Positions 8,600-18,746 are shown, numbered from the stretch's first letter. The stretch: DNA of 64,000 nucleotides from Acidobacteriota bacterium (GCA_036507075.1 DASXQR010000059.1:1-64000); one strand, 5' to 3'. Notes: generated by a model not told the origin, from the letters alone. A program made the numbers and translations.

Positions 8600-11500
8600 T
8601 CAAAACTCCAGCTTCACCGCAAATTGAATCATCCGGTTTGCATAGGACGTGGCTGTTGATCCGAAGTTCACCGAGTTTCGCGTGTGCGTGATCTTGCCGA
8701 ACGATGAATCGTCCATTGCCATGACCGGGAGCGCGAAATGCGGAGTATTTGTCAGGTTAAAGAACTCCGTCCGGAACTGCACCCGCGTTTGCTCGCGCAA
8801 ATAGAAGGACTTCATCAGGCCCAGGTCAAAGTTGAAATAGCCCGGCCCGCGCACGATATTGCGCCCGGCATTTCCGTTCCGGCCCGCGGGCGGCGCCTTG
8901 AACGCCGCGATGTTGAACCAGCGATCGGGTCCGCGCTCCGAGTCGGGCAGATTGGGATCGCCAACCAGATCGGGACGTCCCGTACCGCCGCGCACCTGAG
9001 AGTTTCGACTCACAACCACGGTTGCCGGGAGGCCCGAGCTGGCGGCAAAGACTCCGGTGGTCTGCCAGTTCCCCAGCAACGCCGTCAAAACCGGATTGGA
9101 GCCGGAAAGCAGTTGCTTGCCGCGGCCGAACGGCAATTCATAGACGTAGCTGAACGAAAGGCGGTGCGGAATGTCATAGTCGGAAACGGATCGATTGGCT
9201 CTCAAATCGAAAATGTTTTGGACCCCGCCGTTGGTGCCGGCGCGTGCCAGTGAGGATCCAACATTGTCGATCGACTTGGACCAGGTATAAGACGTCAGAA
9301 AGAAAAACTCCTGGCTGAATCGCCGTTCCAGTTTGAACTGGCCGGAATTGTAGGACATGTCCCCCACGTTCCTGACTTCGTTAATTTCGCCCAATTCCGG
9401 CGCGGGTTTTGTCGGCGAACCGGGGAATGGCTTGTTGTAATTGAATCGAAAAGGCAGCTTGTGGGCCTGGGATCCCACATAAGCCGCCTCAAAGAGCATC
9501 TTGAAGGGCAACTCGCGCTGGATGGCCAGGCTGTACTGTTCTGAATAGCCGATCTTGAAATCCCGTGCCACGCTGAAGATGTCATAACCGCGCGGCAGAT
9601 CGCCGGGATCGGGAAACGGCGGCGGCGTCTGGAAGAAGAACCAGGTCGGACCGCCGCCATAGAAGTTATCCAGTGTGTACTGGCGGTAGGACGGCGGGTT
9701 GAACTTGACGTCGTCTCGAAATGCGGTCGCAGGGTCGTAGAACAGACCCAGGCCGCCGCGCACGGTGGTTTTCTTATTGACCTGGTAGGCGAAACCCACT
9801 CGGGGGGCCCAATTGTTCTTGTCCGGGTCAATAATATAGCGCGAAACGCCGTCGCGCCCGGGGATCAAGAGCTTCTTTTGCTGGATGTCGTAAAGCGAGA
9901 TTTCATTGTTCGGGCTGAAGAACGGGCTGGCGTATTCGTAGCGCAGCCCCAGATTCAACGTCAGCCGATCGCTGACTTTCCAGTCGTCCTGCAAAAAGAA
10001 ACCATACTGGCGATCTTTCAATTCCGGGCTGCCAAACCGCCTGCCCCTCCAACTGAACCACGGGTATCCCAACAGCAGGTCGGCCAGTTCATGCCCGCCG
10101 ACGAACGATTCCGATTTGGACGATTTCACTCCGTAAAAATAAAAGGCGCCCGAGGGAAAGAGCGCGTAATAGTTGTTCTCGGTACGGGGCCGGTACTCGA
10201 ATCCGAATTTCAATGTGTGGCCGGTCAGGTTATATGTAACGTTGTCGTTGAATTGCATGCTGGATTCTACGAAGAACAGCGGCTTGAAGTCGTCTGTTCC
10301 GATGTTGTTGTAATCGTTCAGGTAAATCGCGGGTAAACCGGAGAAGAGCGACCCGTCGTTGACGCCCTTCAGTCCGAACTTTTCGGCCAGGTTCTGCTGA
10401 TAGGCGTGCGCGATAACATCCAGATGATACTTATGAAATCCGAAGCGCGCTTCATTCAGCAACTTGGGGGAAAAGACGTGCACTTCCGAGATCGCCAGGT
10501 TGTTGTTGCGATCCCGGTGCGTCCCGCCCTGTGGAATTCCCCGGCCCTCGTCGCCATAACCGCCGCCGATTCCGGGCGATGGCCCGCCATCGGTCCGGGA
10601 AAGCGAATCGGAATCATTCAGCAGGCTGTCGCTCCAGCGATACCGAACAAACATGGTGTCGCTTTTTGAAAAGGAGTGATCGATGCGTGTTCCCGCCTCG
10701 TTCTGCCAAACGTGCCGGCGCTGGCGTACGAAATGGTTTCCGAGCGGGAAGTTGTCGGGAAGATTGGGCAGTGCGACGGCGTTGAGCAGGTAATGACCGA
10801 AGGAATTGAAACGGCTCCGCGGGATGATATTCAATCCCTGAGGATTGGCTGATGTCGCCCGGCTTGGATCGCGGAATTGGTCAGCCCCGTTGGGAGAGGC
10901 AGGATCATAAATTCCGACCCCTTTGGCCAGCAGGGCTGAAAAGTCCCCGTCTCGAAAGGCCGCCTCCGGCACTCTGGCGAAGCCTTCGTTGATCCGGCTC
11001 AAACGGTATCCCTGATAATCGACAAAGAAAAAAGTCTTGTTCTTTTTAATCGGTCCTCCCGCTGTTCCGCCGAACTGGTTCTGGCGCAGCGGCGCCTTGC
11101 CCGGATTTACCGGATTGCGGAAGAAATTTGCTGCGTTGAAGGCATCGTTGCGGAGAAACTCGAAAAGACTGGCATGAAACTCGTTGGTGCCGCCCTTGGA
11201 TTGAATGGAAATCACGCCGCCTGCGGTGTGGCCGTACTCGGCGGAAAACGCCGAAGTCAAGACTTTGAACTCGCTGACCGCGTCAAGGTTGGGACGCATG
11301 TCCACATCCGATTCGCGGATGGAAGACATTTCGATGCCGTCCAGCGTGACAGAATTCGATTCGGGACGCATTCCGTTGATCGAGAACGTGACATTGGTTG
11401 TGGCGCCGCCCTGATCGGTGGAAGTGTCCTGCACGCCGTTGCTCAGCAGCAGCAGGGAAAAGAAGTCCCGTCCATTAAGAGGCAATCCCCGGATCTCCTT

Positions 11501-11932
11501 TTCCTGAATGATCTGGTTGATATCGTGCTGGTCGGTTTGCAACAGCGTAGCGCCGATCCCTCGAACCTGGACGGTCTCGGTAACCTCGCCCAGCGCGAGC
11601 GCAAAATCAGAGCGAAGTTTCTGATCCACCACCAGACGGAATGGACCGCTCGCGGCCACCTTGAATCCCGGCAGCTCCGCGGTTACCCGATAAGTGCCAA
11701 TCGGGAGGTTAGCCAGAACATAGCTGCCGGAATCATCGGTCACAGTGGCCCGCGAAATCCCCGTCTCCACGTGAGTGGCTGTAACGCTGGCGCCGGGTAT
11801 GACGGCCCCGCTCGGGTCCGCCACCGTTCCCAGAATGGTTCCGGTTGTGACCTGGGCATTGAGCGCCGCGGCACAGCCGAGCAGTGCCAGGATGGCAAGA
11901 GACAAAAGATGTCGATGGGAAATGGGACGCAT
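8600..11932 (-). CDS. TonB-dependent receptor, Oar/acidobacterial type, with N-terminal carboxypeptidase-regulatory-like domain
   Basis: Signal peptide; GTILGTVADPSGAVIPGA; LPLNGRDF; SAEYG; FFLQDDWKV..LTLNLGLRYEY; NWAPRVGFAY; ends IQFAVKLEF. Confidence 0.92.
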   Translation of the reverse strand: MRPISHRHLLSLAILALLGCAAALNAQVTTGTILGTVADPSGAVIPGASVTATHVETGISRATVTDDSGSYVLANLPIGTYRVTAELPGFKVAASGPFRLVVDQKLRSDFALALGEVTETVQVRGIGATLLQTDQHDINQIIQEKEIRGLPLNGRDFFSLLLLSNGVQDTSTDQGGATTNVTFSINGMRPESNSVTLDGIEMSSIRESDVDMRPNLDAVSEFKVLTSAFSAEYGHTAGGVISIQSKGGTNEFHASLFEFLRNDAFNAANFFRNPVNPGKAPLRQNQFGGTAGGPIKKNKTFFFVDYQGYRLSRINEGFARVPEAAFRDGDFSALLAKGVGIYDPASPNGADQFRDPSRATSANPQGLNIIPRSRFNSFGHYLLNAVALPNLPDNFPLGNHFVRQRRHVWQNEAGTRIDHSFSKSDTMFVRYRWSDSLLNDSDSLSRTDGGPSPGIGGGYGDEGRGIPQGGTHRDRNNNLAISEVHVFSPKLLNEARFGFHKYHLDVIAHAYQQNLAEKFGLKGVNDGSLFSGLPAIYLNDYNNIGTDDFKPLFFVESSMQFNDNVTYNLTGHTLKFGFEYRPRTENNYYALFPSGAFYFYGVKSSKSESFVGGHELADLLLGYPWFSWRGRRFGSPELKDRQYGFFLQDDWKVSDRLTLNLGLRYEYASPFFSPNNEISLYDIQQKKLLIPGRDGVSRYIIDPDKNNWAPRVGFAYQVNKKTTVRGGLGLFYDPATAFRDDVKFNPPSYRQYTLDNFYGGGPTWFFFQTPPPFPDPGDLPRGYDIFSVARDFKIGYSEQYSLAIQRELPFKMLFEAAYVGSQAHKLPFRFNYNKPFPGSPTKPAPELGEINEVRNVGDMSYNSGQFKLERRFSQEFFFLTSYTWSKSIDNVGSSLARAGTNGGVQNIFDLRANRSVSDYDIPHRLSFSYVYELPFGRGKQLLSGSNPVLTALLGNWQTTGVFAASSGLPATVVVSRNSQVRGGTGRPDLVGDPNLPDSERGPDRWFNIAAFKAPPAGRNGNAGRNIVRGPGYFNFDLGLMKSFYLREQTRVQFRTEFFNLTNTPHFALPVMAMDDSSFGKITHTRNSVNFGSTATSYANRMIQFAVKLEF

Positions 11933-11970
11933 GGGAGTCCTCCTTTTTTCGGTAGTAGCCAGTTAAAAAA

Positions 11971-11990
11971 TGTTCTATAATCTATAATCG
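11971..11990. promoter_or_regulatory. Candidate operator or promoter (tctataa direct repeat) in the divergent TonB/GntR region
   Basis: tgttctataatctataatcg in an AT-rich stretch about 40 bp upstream of the TonB receptor start. Confidence 0.35.
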
Positions 11991-12151
11991 TTAATCTTTA
12001 TTGAGTCAAGCGTTTTTGTTTTCTGTTAATGTTGGCAAGGCATTCGGGGAGACGAAGGCGCTAAGCCGGCGGGAAATAATGCCTGCCTGGCACAGACTTA
12101 CAAAACAGACTTTCGTCTCTGTAATGGCGTCAAGCCTCTCGTTGTGAGGAA

Positions 12152-12853
12152 ATGAAGAAAAGAATCTTGTCTGACGACACGGCGCAGGGCGGTCTGAGCG
12201 CGGTACAGTTTCAGTCCCTGGCGGAAGCCGCGGCCCAGAGCCTGCGCGACGCCATCATCGCCGGAAAGCTGAAACCGGGAGAGCGTCTGGTCGAGCCAAA
12301 GCTGGCGGCTCAACTGGCCATCGGACAGCCCACACTGCGTGAAGCTCTCAAGGAACTGGAGCATCAGGGCTTCGTGCGCAAAATTGCAAACAAAGGCACG
12401 CATGTCACCAAGCTGAGTCGGGAAGACTGCCGCAAAATCTTCCAGGTTCGAATGGTTCTCGAAGGAATTGCAATCCCACAGGCTGCCGCCAATATCGACG
12501 CTGCTGCCCTTCAAACATTGGAAGCTGCTATTCGCGAGATGGATATAGGCGCGCGCAAGTTTGAGCGTGAGACTTTTCACAAAGGAGACCTGATCTTCCA
12601 CCGAACGATCTGGAAACTCTGCGGCAACGAGTATCTGGAATCCGTGCTGGAGCAGGTTTCTTTCTCGCTTTTTGCCTTTGTTCTGCTGGCCCAGGAGCAG
12701 AAGGACTTCCTGGCGGCGGTAAAACAACACAAGGAAATCCTGGAAGGTCTGCGCTCACGGGATCCCCGGCGCGCACGGGAAACATTCATTCGCTCGACGG
12801 TCAAGTTCTGGGAAAATCACCACCAGATCAGCTTTGATCCCCAGCCCGACTGA
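12152..12853 (+). CDS. GntR-family transcriptional regulator (FCD domain)
   Basis: LRDAIIAGKLKPGERLVEPKLAAQLAIGQPTLREALKELEHQGFV wHTH; RMVLE, DLIFHRTIW..GNEYL, QHKEILEGL. Confidence 0.92.
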   Translation: MKKRILSDDTAQGGLSAVQFQSLAEAAAQSLRDAIIAGKLKPGERLVEPKLAAQLAIGQPTLREALKELEHQGFVRKIANKGTHVTKLSREDCRKIFQVRMVLEGIAIPQAAANIDAAALQTLEAAIREMDIGARKFERETFHKGDLIFHRTIWKLCGNEYLESVLEQVSFSLFAFVLLAQEQKDFLAAVKQHKEILEGLRSRDPRRARETFIRSTVKFWENHHQISFDPQPD

Positions 12854-12934
12854 CCCGAAATCGCCACTAAGCCACGACGACACGAAGACGCGTCAGGGCT
12901 CTGGCCGATCGACAGTAAATAGCCGTGGATCACC

Positions 12935-13227
12935 AGCCCGCCGCCTTTTGGCGGGCGCCAGCCTGTAGCCCACGGCGCAGCGAAGCGCAGCCGTGGGAAT
13001 TGCGGCTCTCTCATAAGATAAAGCCCGCCCGCTTTTTCAGGCGGGCGACAGCCGCCGCAGCGACAATTCGTTTAATCCTTGTCCGCTCTCTTTTCTCCAA
13101 AGAATCGACTGCTGTCGCCCGCCCTAAAAAAACGGCGGGCTTTATCGAGTAGAATGTTCCTGTTCCCACGGCTCCGCTTCGCTGCGCCGTGGGCCACAGG
13201 CTGACGCCCGCCCAAAAGCGGCGGGCT
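12935..13227. repeat. Long compound inverted repeat (REPIN-like) nested inside a 9-mer element (about 12860-13298)
   Basis: agcccgccgccttttggcgggcg..gtagcccacggcgcagcgaagcgcagccgtgggaa is mirrored by ttcccacggctccgcttcgctgcgccgtgggccacagg..cgcccgcccaaaagcggcgggct. Confidence 0.8.
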
Positions 13228-13309
13228 TTAGGGGATGTTGCAACGTGTCACTTCAGGATAAATACGGAAACCCTTCGTGTCTTCGTGCCTTCGTGGCAGA
13301 AACGTTTTT

Positions 13310-14452
13310 ATGAGCGAAAATCTTGATCGCCTGAAAGATCTGCGAAGCTTCGATGTCTCGCCTTCCCGGGGTTTTTTGTCTGATGACCGCCCTCTCGTTG
13401 AATTACCTTCTGCCTGGAAGTTTCTGGATGCCTTTGGCGCCGAATTGCCGAAGGTTCTTAAACAAAGAAAAATAAAACAGGCAGCCGAAGACTTACCCGC
13501 CCCATCTGAAGAGATGCTTGCAAGCCTTTCACCGGGCGAGCAGCGCCGCGCGATGATGATCTACGGTTTCGGAGCGAGCGGTTACATCCATGGGCAAGGC
13601 CAAAGGGTCTCTCAACTCTGCAAACCGCTCGCTCAGCCACTGTATCTATTGTCAAAGCGGATCGACAAGCCGCCCATCCTATCGTACTGCTCGTATTCGC
13701 TGAACAACTGGAGATGTGTCGGGCCACAGGACGACATAACGGTTGATAATCTGAAGCTGCTTCAGAATTTCATTCCTGTGCCCGATGAGGACTGGTTCAT
13801 CCTGATCCACGTCGATATTGAACGAAGAGCGGCGCCGGCAATTGTTAATGTCTGCAATGCCGTCATTTCGGCGGCCCAGCGGTCTTCGCAGACTCTGTTG
13901 AGTAACCTGACAGAAATAGGCGCATCGCTCCAGTCAATGATAGAGACCTTGAAGAGAATGCCGGAAGGTTGTTCCACAGAGGTCTACTTCAAAATGGTGC
14001 GCCCCTGGATCATGTTTTTTACCGACGTTGTGTACGAGGGCGTAGCAGAACTGGAGAATAAGCCGCAGAGCTTTCGAGGCGAAACCGGTGCCCAGAGTTC
14101 AATTATGCCGCTGCTGGAAGCCGGCCTGGGAATCAGGCACGACGAGAGCATACTCACACGCCATCTGAGGGAAATGCGCTTGTATATGCCTCGAAAGCAT
14201 CGCTTGCTTATCGAAGAAGTCGAGCGCAGCTCGAAAGTCCGAGAGGTGGTGGTCAGTTCGGGCTCGACTGCCCTTAGAACCGCCTACAACTACTGTCTGG
14301 AGAAGATGTTCGAGTTTCGGGACATTCATCTTGGTTACGCTTTCAGTTATATCCATCAAAAGACGGAAAACGAAATGGGGACAGGAGGCACAGTCTTCAT
14401 GCCCTGGCTGGAGCAGATGCGAAATGAGACCCGCGAGCAGTTCCTGGTTTGA
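13310..14452 (+). CDS. Indoleamine 2,3-dioxygenase / PrnB-superfamily heme protein
   Basis: PPILSY, DEDWFILIHVDIE, FRGETGAQSS, LREMRLYMPRKHR, FRDIHLGYAFSYI (proximal His), GTGGT. ATG 13310 is preferred because the 13277 extension is repeat-derived. Confidence 0.85.
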   Translation: MSENLDRLKDLRSFDVSPSRGFLSDDRPLVELPSAWKFLDAFGAELPKVLKQRKIKQAAEDLPAPSEEMLASLSPGEQRRAMMIYGFGASGYIHGQGQRVSQLCKPLAQPLYLLSKRIDKPPILSYCSYSLNNWRCVGPQDDITVDNLKLLQNFIPVPDEDWFILIHVDIERRAAPAIVNVCNAVISAAQRSSQTLLSNLTEIGASLQSMIETLKRMPEGCSTEVYFKMVRPWIMFFTDVVYEGVAELENKPQSFRGETGAQSSIMPLLEAGLGIRHDESILTRHLREMRLYMPRKHRLLIEEVERSSKVREVVVSSGSTALRTAYNYCLEKMFEFRDIHLGYAFSYIHQKTENEMGTGGTVFMPWLEQMRNETREQFLV

Positions 14453-14465
14453 TGGCGCGGGCAAT

Positions 14466-14652
14466 TTTCACCACAAAGGCGCAGCCCGGCAAAGCCGCAA
14501 CCAAGATTAGGTTGTTCCCACATTCCTTCACCGCAGAGGCGCAGAGAACGCAGAGGTTGCGCAGAGACATGCAAACGAAACTCTGCGCATTCTCTGCGCC
14601 CTCTGAGGCTCTGCGGTGAAGGAATGCAGGCGAGCTGTGTCTTTGTGGTGAT
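14466..14652. repeat. Nested 9-mer inverted-repeat element with a gccgcaacc-type end
   Basis: ttcaccacaaaggc|gcagcccggcaaagccgcaacc ... ttcaccgcagaggcgcagagaacgcagagg / ctctgcgccctctgaggctctgcggtgaa ... tgtgtctttgtggtga. Confidence 0.7.
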
Positions 14653-14714
14653 CCATTCCCCATCTTGTGCTTGCCGGCCTAATTTGCAACAATGCCTATT
14701 GGGAGGGAACCCCT

Positions 14715-17189
14715 GTGCGGCGGCTGATCGTATTAATCCTGTTGATAGGCTTATTTCCGCTGATCTACCTGGCATTTGCCTCAACGGCGCCACAAGCCCA
14801 AAAATCCGAAACTGACGCCGCCTTCGAGAAATCCATCCAGCCGTTTTTTTCCGATTATTGCTACGAGTGCCACAACGAGAAACTCAAGAAAGGCAACCTC
14901 AATCTGGAGACATTCCAGAGTGCGGCATCCCTTTTGCAGGATCGAGACACGTGGGAAAAAGTCCTGGAGAAGCTGCACCGGGGCGAGATGCCGCCCAAAG
15001 AAGCGCCTCGTCCAGACCAATCTGAAGTGGAACCGGTTACACGCTGGATCGAGAGCGAATTCGACCGGGCCGATCGCCTGGCCGGGCCTGATCCTGGACG
15101 CGTTACGGCGCGTCGCCTTAACCGGGCCGAGTACAACAATACGGTCAGAGACCTGCTGGGCGTGAGCGTCCGGCCCGCCGATGATTTCCCACAAGATGAT
15201 TCCGGCTATGGCTTTGACAATATCGGCGACGTGCTCTCGCTTTCTCCCGTGCTGATGGAAAAGTACCTGGCGGCCGCAGAAAAAGTCGCCCGCACGGCAC
15301 TATACGGTCCTGAACTGCTGAAGCCGACTCTTGTGCGGCTCCGTACGGCGGCTCGCAGGGACCTCCCGAATTCTCCTTTGTCGGACTATGACGCCAGCGG
15401 CTTGAGTCTGCCCAATTCGCTTCACGTGACCTGCCGCTTCCCGGTCGATGGCGAGCACCTGTTTAAGGCCGTTTTGAACGGGCATCGCCCGCGAGGCTCC
15501 GAGCCTGCCCGGCTGGCGTTCTGGATTGATGCCAGGCAGGTCCAGGCGATCGAAGTCGATTTGGCCGACTTTGAAGGGCAAACACGGGAGTTCCGAACAA
15601 ATATCAATGCGGGAGAGCACCTGGTATCGTTCTCATTCGTGCGATTCTACGACGGGCTGCCTTCTACCTACGGCGGGCCGAATCCGTCAAGCCGGCCCAT
15701 TCCGCCGCCGCCCGATTTCAGTTCTTTCAAACCCCCGGAGAACGCCACGCAGCAGCAGCTCGAGGAGTACAAAAAGAAACAGGAAGCCCTCAAGACTCGC
15801 AGCGCGCAGAAAGAGCCGGTGGATGCTCGCGTGAATTACGTCGAGATTGGCGGGCCGTTCAAGCAGGCGCGGGGACCTTCGCTTGACAGTTTAAAGAAGA
15901 TCTACACCTGTGGGCACGTTGACGGAGTGCACCAGCGCGGCTGCGATCGAAAAATCGTGGCCGGCCTGGCTCATCGTGCATTCCGACGCCCGGTCACTTC
16001 GCAGGAAGTTGAGCGGCTTACCGGCCTGATTTCCATGGCTCAAAAGCGGGGTGATTCATTCGAAGAGGGGATCTGCCTGGCGCTGCAGGCGATGCTGGTC
16101 TCTCCCCATTTCTTGTTCCGTATTGAAAACCGCGGCAAGGCGACCGGGCTTCAGGAAGCGCATCTGATCAGCCAGCACGAGCTTGCGGCGCGGCTTTCGT
16201 ACTTTTTATGGTCCAGCATGCCCGACGAGGAGCTGCTTAGATGCGCCGATCAACAGATCCTGCGCAAACCCGACATTCTTGCCGCGCAGGTGCGGCGCAT
16301 GCTGAAAGATTCAAAGTCGCACGCGCTGATTGAAAATTTTGGCGGACAATGGCTGGAACTGCGACGGCTGGAGATTGTCAAGCCCGACCCGAAACGATTT
16401 CCGGAGTTTGATGAGTATCTTCGCCAGTTAATGCGCCGCGAGACGGAAATGTTCTTCGAAGCGATCGTGCGCGAGGATCGCAGCATCCTTGACTTTATCG
16501 ACGCGAAGTACACGTTCCTGAACGATCGTCTGGCGCAGCATTACAAAATCCCGGCGGTAACGGGGGCGGAATTCAGAAAAGTTGATTTGAACGGAACGCC
16601 GCGTGGTGGGATTTTAACTCAGGCAAGCATACTGACCGTGTCGTCTTATGCAACCCGGACATCGCCCGTGCTCCGCGGCAGATGGATTCTGGAAAACATC
16701 CTCAACGCTCCTCCCCCGCCGCCGCCGGCGGCTGGAGTGCCGGCGCTGAATGAAGCCGCCGTAGGAGTATCCGCGTCGATGCGGCAGCAGTTGGAGCAGC
16801 ATCGCACCAACCCGGCCTGTGCTTCCTGCCACGCGCGGATGGACACGCTGGGCTTTGCGCTCGAAAACTATAACGCCATCGGAGCCTGGCGGACGGAGGA
16901 TGGAAAGTTTCCGGTCGAGGCCTCCGGTTCGCTTCCCGACGGCAGATCATTCAGGGGACTGGATGACCTGAAAGCAATTCTGAAACACGATCGCGACGCT
17001 TTTGCCGAGTGCCTGACGCAAAAGCTGCTCACCTATTCCCTGGGGCGCGGGATTGAGCGGTATGACAGGCGGACCGTAAAGACTATCGCAAGCAGCCTGG
17101 CTGCCAATGAATATCGATTCTCCAGCCTGGTTTTGGAGATCGCCAATAGCGTACCATTTCAAATGCGAAGAGGAGATCTACCCAAATGA
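14715..17189 (+). CDS. Planctomycete-type cytochrome c / DUF1587-1595-1592-1588-1585 domain protein
   Basis: Signal peptide; CYECH and CASCH heme motifs; RRLNRAEYNNTVRDLLG, GFDNIG, LVSPHFLFR, RLSYFLWSSMPD, TSPVLRG. GTG 14715 follows gggagg. Confidence 0.88.
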   Translation: MRRLIVLILLIGLFPLIYLAFASTAPQAQKSETDAAFEKSIQPFFSDYCYECHNEKLKKGNLNLETFQSAASLLQDRDTWEKVLEKLHRGEMPPKEAPRPDQSEVEPVTRWIESEFDRADRLAGPDPGRVTARRLNRAEYNNTVRDLLGVSVRPADDFPQDDSGYGFDNIGDVLSLSPVLMEKYLAAAEKVARTALYGPELLKPTLVRLRTAARRDLPNSPLSDYDASGLSLPNSLHVTCRFPVDGEHLFKAVLNGHRPRGSEPARLAFWIDARQVQAIEVDLADFEGQTREFRTNINAGEHLVSFSFVRFYDGLPSTYGGPNPSSRPIPPPPDFSSFKPPENATQQQLEEYKKKQEALKTRSAQKEPVDARVNYVEIGGPFKQARGPSLDSLKKIYTCGHVDGVHQRGCDRKIVAGLAHRAFRRPVTSQEVERLTGLISMAQKRGDSFEEGICLALQAMLVSPHFLFRIENRGKATGLQEAHLISQHELAARLSYFLWSSMPDEELLRCADQQILRKPDILAAQVRRMLKDSKSHALIENFGGQWLELRRLEIVKPDPKRFPEFDEYLRQLMRRETEMFFEAIVREDRSILDFIDAKYTFLNDRLAQHYKIPAVTGAEFRKVDLNGTPRGGILTQASILTVSSYATRTSPVLRGRWILENILNAPPPPPPAAGVPALNEAAVGVSASMRQQLEQHRTNPACASCHARMDTLGFALENYNAIGAWRTEDGKFPVEASGSLPDGRSFRGLDDLKAILKHDRDAFAECLTQKLLTYSLGRGIERYDRRTVKTIASSLAANEYRFSSLVLEIANSVPFQMRRGDLPK

Positions 17190-18538
17190 TTGTCACACGC
17201 AGGCACTTGCCGAGACGAACGTTTCTCAAAGGCCTTGGTACGCTGATCGCATTGCCGATGCTGGATTCCATGGTGCCCGCGTTTGGCGCGGCAACCGGCT
17301 CCGGCAAAGCTCCCACGCGTCTCGCCTTTGTTTACGTTCCCAACGGCGTGATCATGAAGGACTGGACGCCCGAGGCAGCGGGCAAGGACTTTGAGTTCTC
17401 GCGCATACTCAAGCCGCTGGAGCCGTTTCGAGACGATCTTTCCGTGCTGTCAGGGCTGGCGCATCGCAACGCAAATGCCCTCGGTGATGGCCCTGGCGAT
17501 CACGCGCGGGCGGGAGCCTGCTTTCTGACCGGTGTGCATCCGAAGAAAACGGCCGGCGCCGATATCACGGTCGGCATATCGGCCGACCAGATTGCAGCCA
17601 GAGCAGTTGCTTCTGAAACGAGATTGCCATCTATCGAACTGGGCTGCGAAGATTCTCGCACTGTGGGTAATTGCGATTCCGGGTATAGCTGTGCTTATAC
17701 CAACAGCATTTCCTGGCGCGGTCCGGCGTCGCCCATGCCTCCGGAGGTCAATCCGCGCGCGGCATTCGAGCGTCTCTTTGGCACCACCGATTTCAGCCTG
17801 GATCCGGAGACTCGTGACCGACGGGCGCAGTATCGCAGGAGCATCCTGGATATGGTCCGTGACGACACTCAGAAGCTCATCGGAACTTTGGGCGCGACAG
17901 ACCGTCGCAAGGTCGATGAATACCTTTATGCGATCCGTGAGATCGAGAGACGAATCGAAAGCGCTGAGAAAGATAACCGCGAGGTAACTCCGCCGCTGGA
18001 GAAACCTGCCGGAATTCCCATCGCATTTACCGATTATCTGAAGCTGATGTACGACCTTCAGGTAGTGGCGTTCCAGGCGGATCTTACACGCGTTTCGACA
18101 TTGATGGTCGGCCGCGAAGGCAGTGTCCGGGTTTATCCGGAGATTGGCGTGCCTGATCCGCATCACCCGCTCACCCATCATCGCGGCAATCCGGACTGGA
18201 TTGAGAAAGTCGCGATGATCAACGGCCTCCATGCCGAGTTGTTTGCGTATTTTGTCGGGAAGCTCAAGTCGACGGCGGATGGAGACGGCACGCTGCTTGA
18301 TCATTCGATGGTTGTTTATGGCAGCGCAATTGCCGACGGCAACCGACATACTCATCAGGACCTGCCCGTTATTCTGGCGGGACGGGGCGGCGATGGCTTC
18401 AAGCCGGGCCGACACATCGTTTACCCGCAGCATACACCAATGACAAACCTGTACCTTACGCTGCTGGATCGCATGGGGATTCGTCCCGAAACCATCGGCG
18501 ACAGCACCGGCCAACTGGAGCACCTGACTGAGCTGTAA
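17186..18538 (+). CDS. DUF1552 family protein (Tat-type signal), partner of the upstream cytochrome c protein
   Basis: LPRRTFLKGLGTLIALPMLDSM, YVPNG, GPGDHAR, CDSGYSCAY, AFQADLTRV, GTLLDHS. Overlaps the upstream stop by ATGA. Confidence 0.88.
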   Translation: MIVTRRHLPRRTFLKGLGTLIALPMLDSMVPAFGAATGSGKAPTRLAFVYVPNGVIMKDWTPEAAGKDFEFSRILKPLEPFRDDLSVLSGLAHRNANALGDGPGDHARAGACFLTGVHPKKTAGADITVGISADQIAARAVASETRLPSIELGCEDSRTVGNCDSGYSCAYTNSISWRGPASPMPPEVNPRAAFERLFGTTDFSLDPETRDRRAQYRRSILDMVRDDTQKLIGTLGATDRRKVDEYLYAIREIERRIESAEKDNREVTPPLEKPAGIPIAFTDYLKLMYDLQVVAFQADLTRVSTLMVGREGSVRVYPEIGVPDPHHPLTHHRGNPDWIEKVAMINGLHAELFAYFVGKLKSTADGDGTLLDHSMVVYGSAIADGNRHTHQDLPVILAGRGGDGFKPGRHIVYPQHTPMTNLYLTLLDRMGIRPETIGDSTGQLEHLTEL

Positions 18539-18540
18539 AC

Positions 18541-18702
18541 AGCGGAATGCGGAATGGACTCAAATGCGGAATGGGAAATGTGGAATGGGGATTACGACAG
18601 AGTTGAATTTCGCTGGATGAGAGGGAATCTCCGCCCATTCCGCATTCCCCATTCCCCATTCCACATTTGAGTCATTCCGACATTCCGAAATCCGCATTTG
18701 AG
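18541..18702. repeat. aatgcgg-family inverted heptamer element with conserved ~50-nt spacer
   Basis: Spacer tacgacagagttgaatttcgctggatgagagggaatctccgcccattcc aligns with the spacers of the elements at 20997-21140 and 45857-46036. Confidence 0.85.
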
Positions 18703-18746
18703 CGATGAAACCGCCAGAGTGATAACGCGTTGAGGCGGTTGAAAGA

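Noticed and set aside
17450..18523. Long antisense ORFs (e.g. 357 aa here, 60757-61755, 33783-34688, 52100-52984)
   Set aside because: They are shadow frames of well-supported genes in GC-rich DNA.
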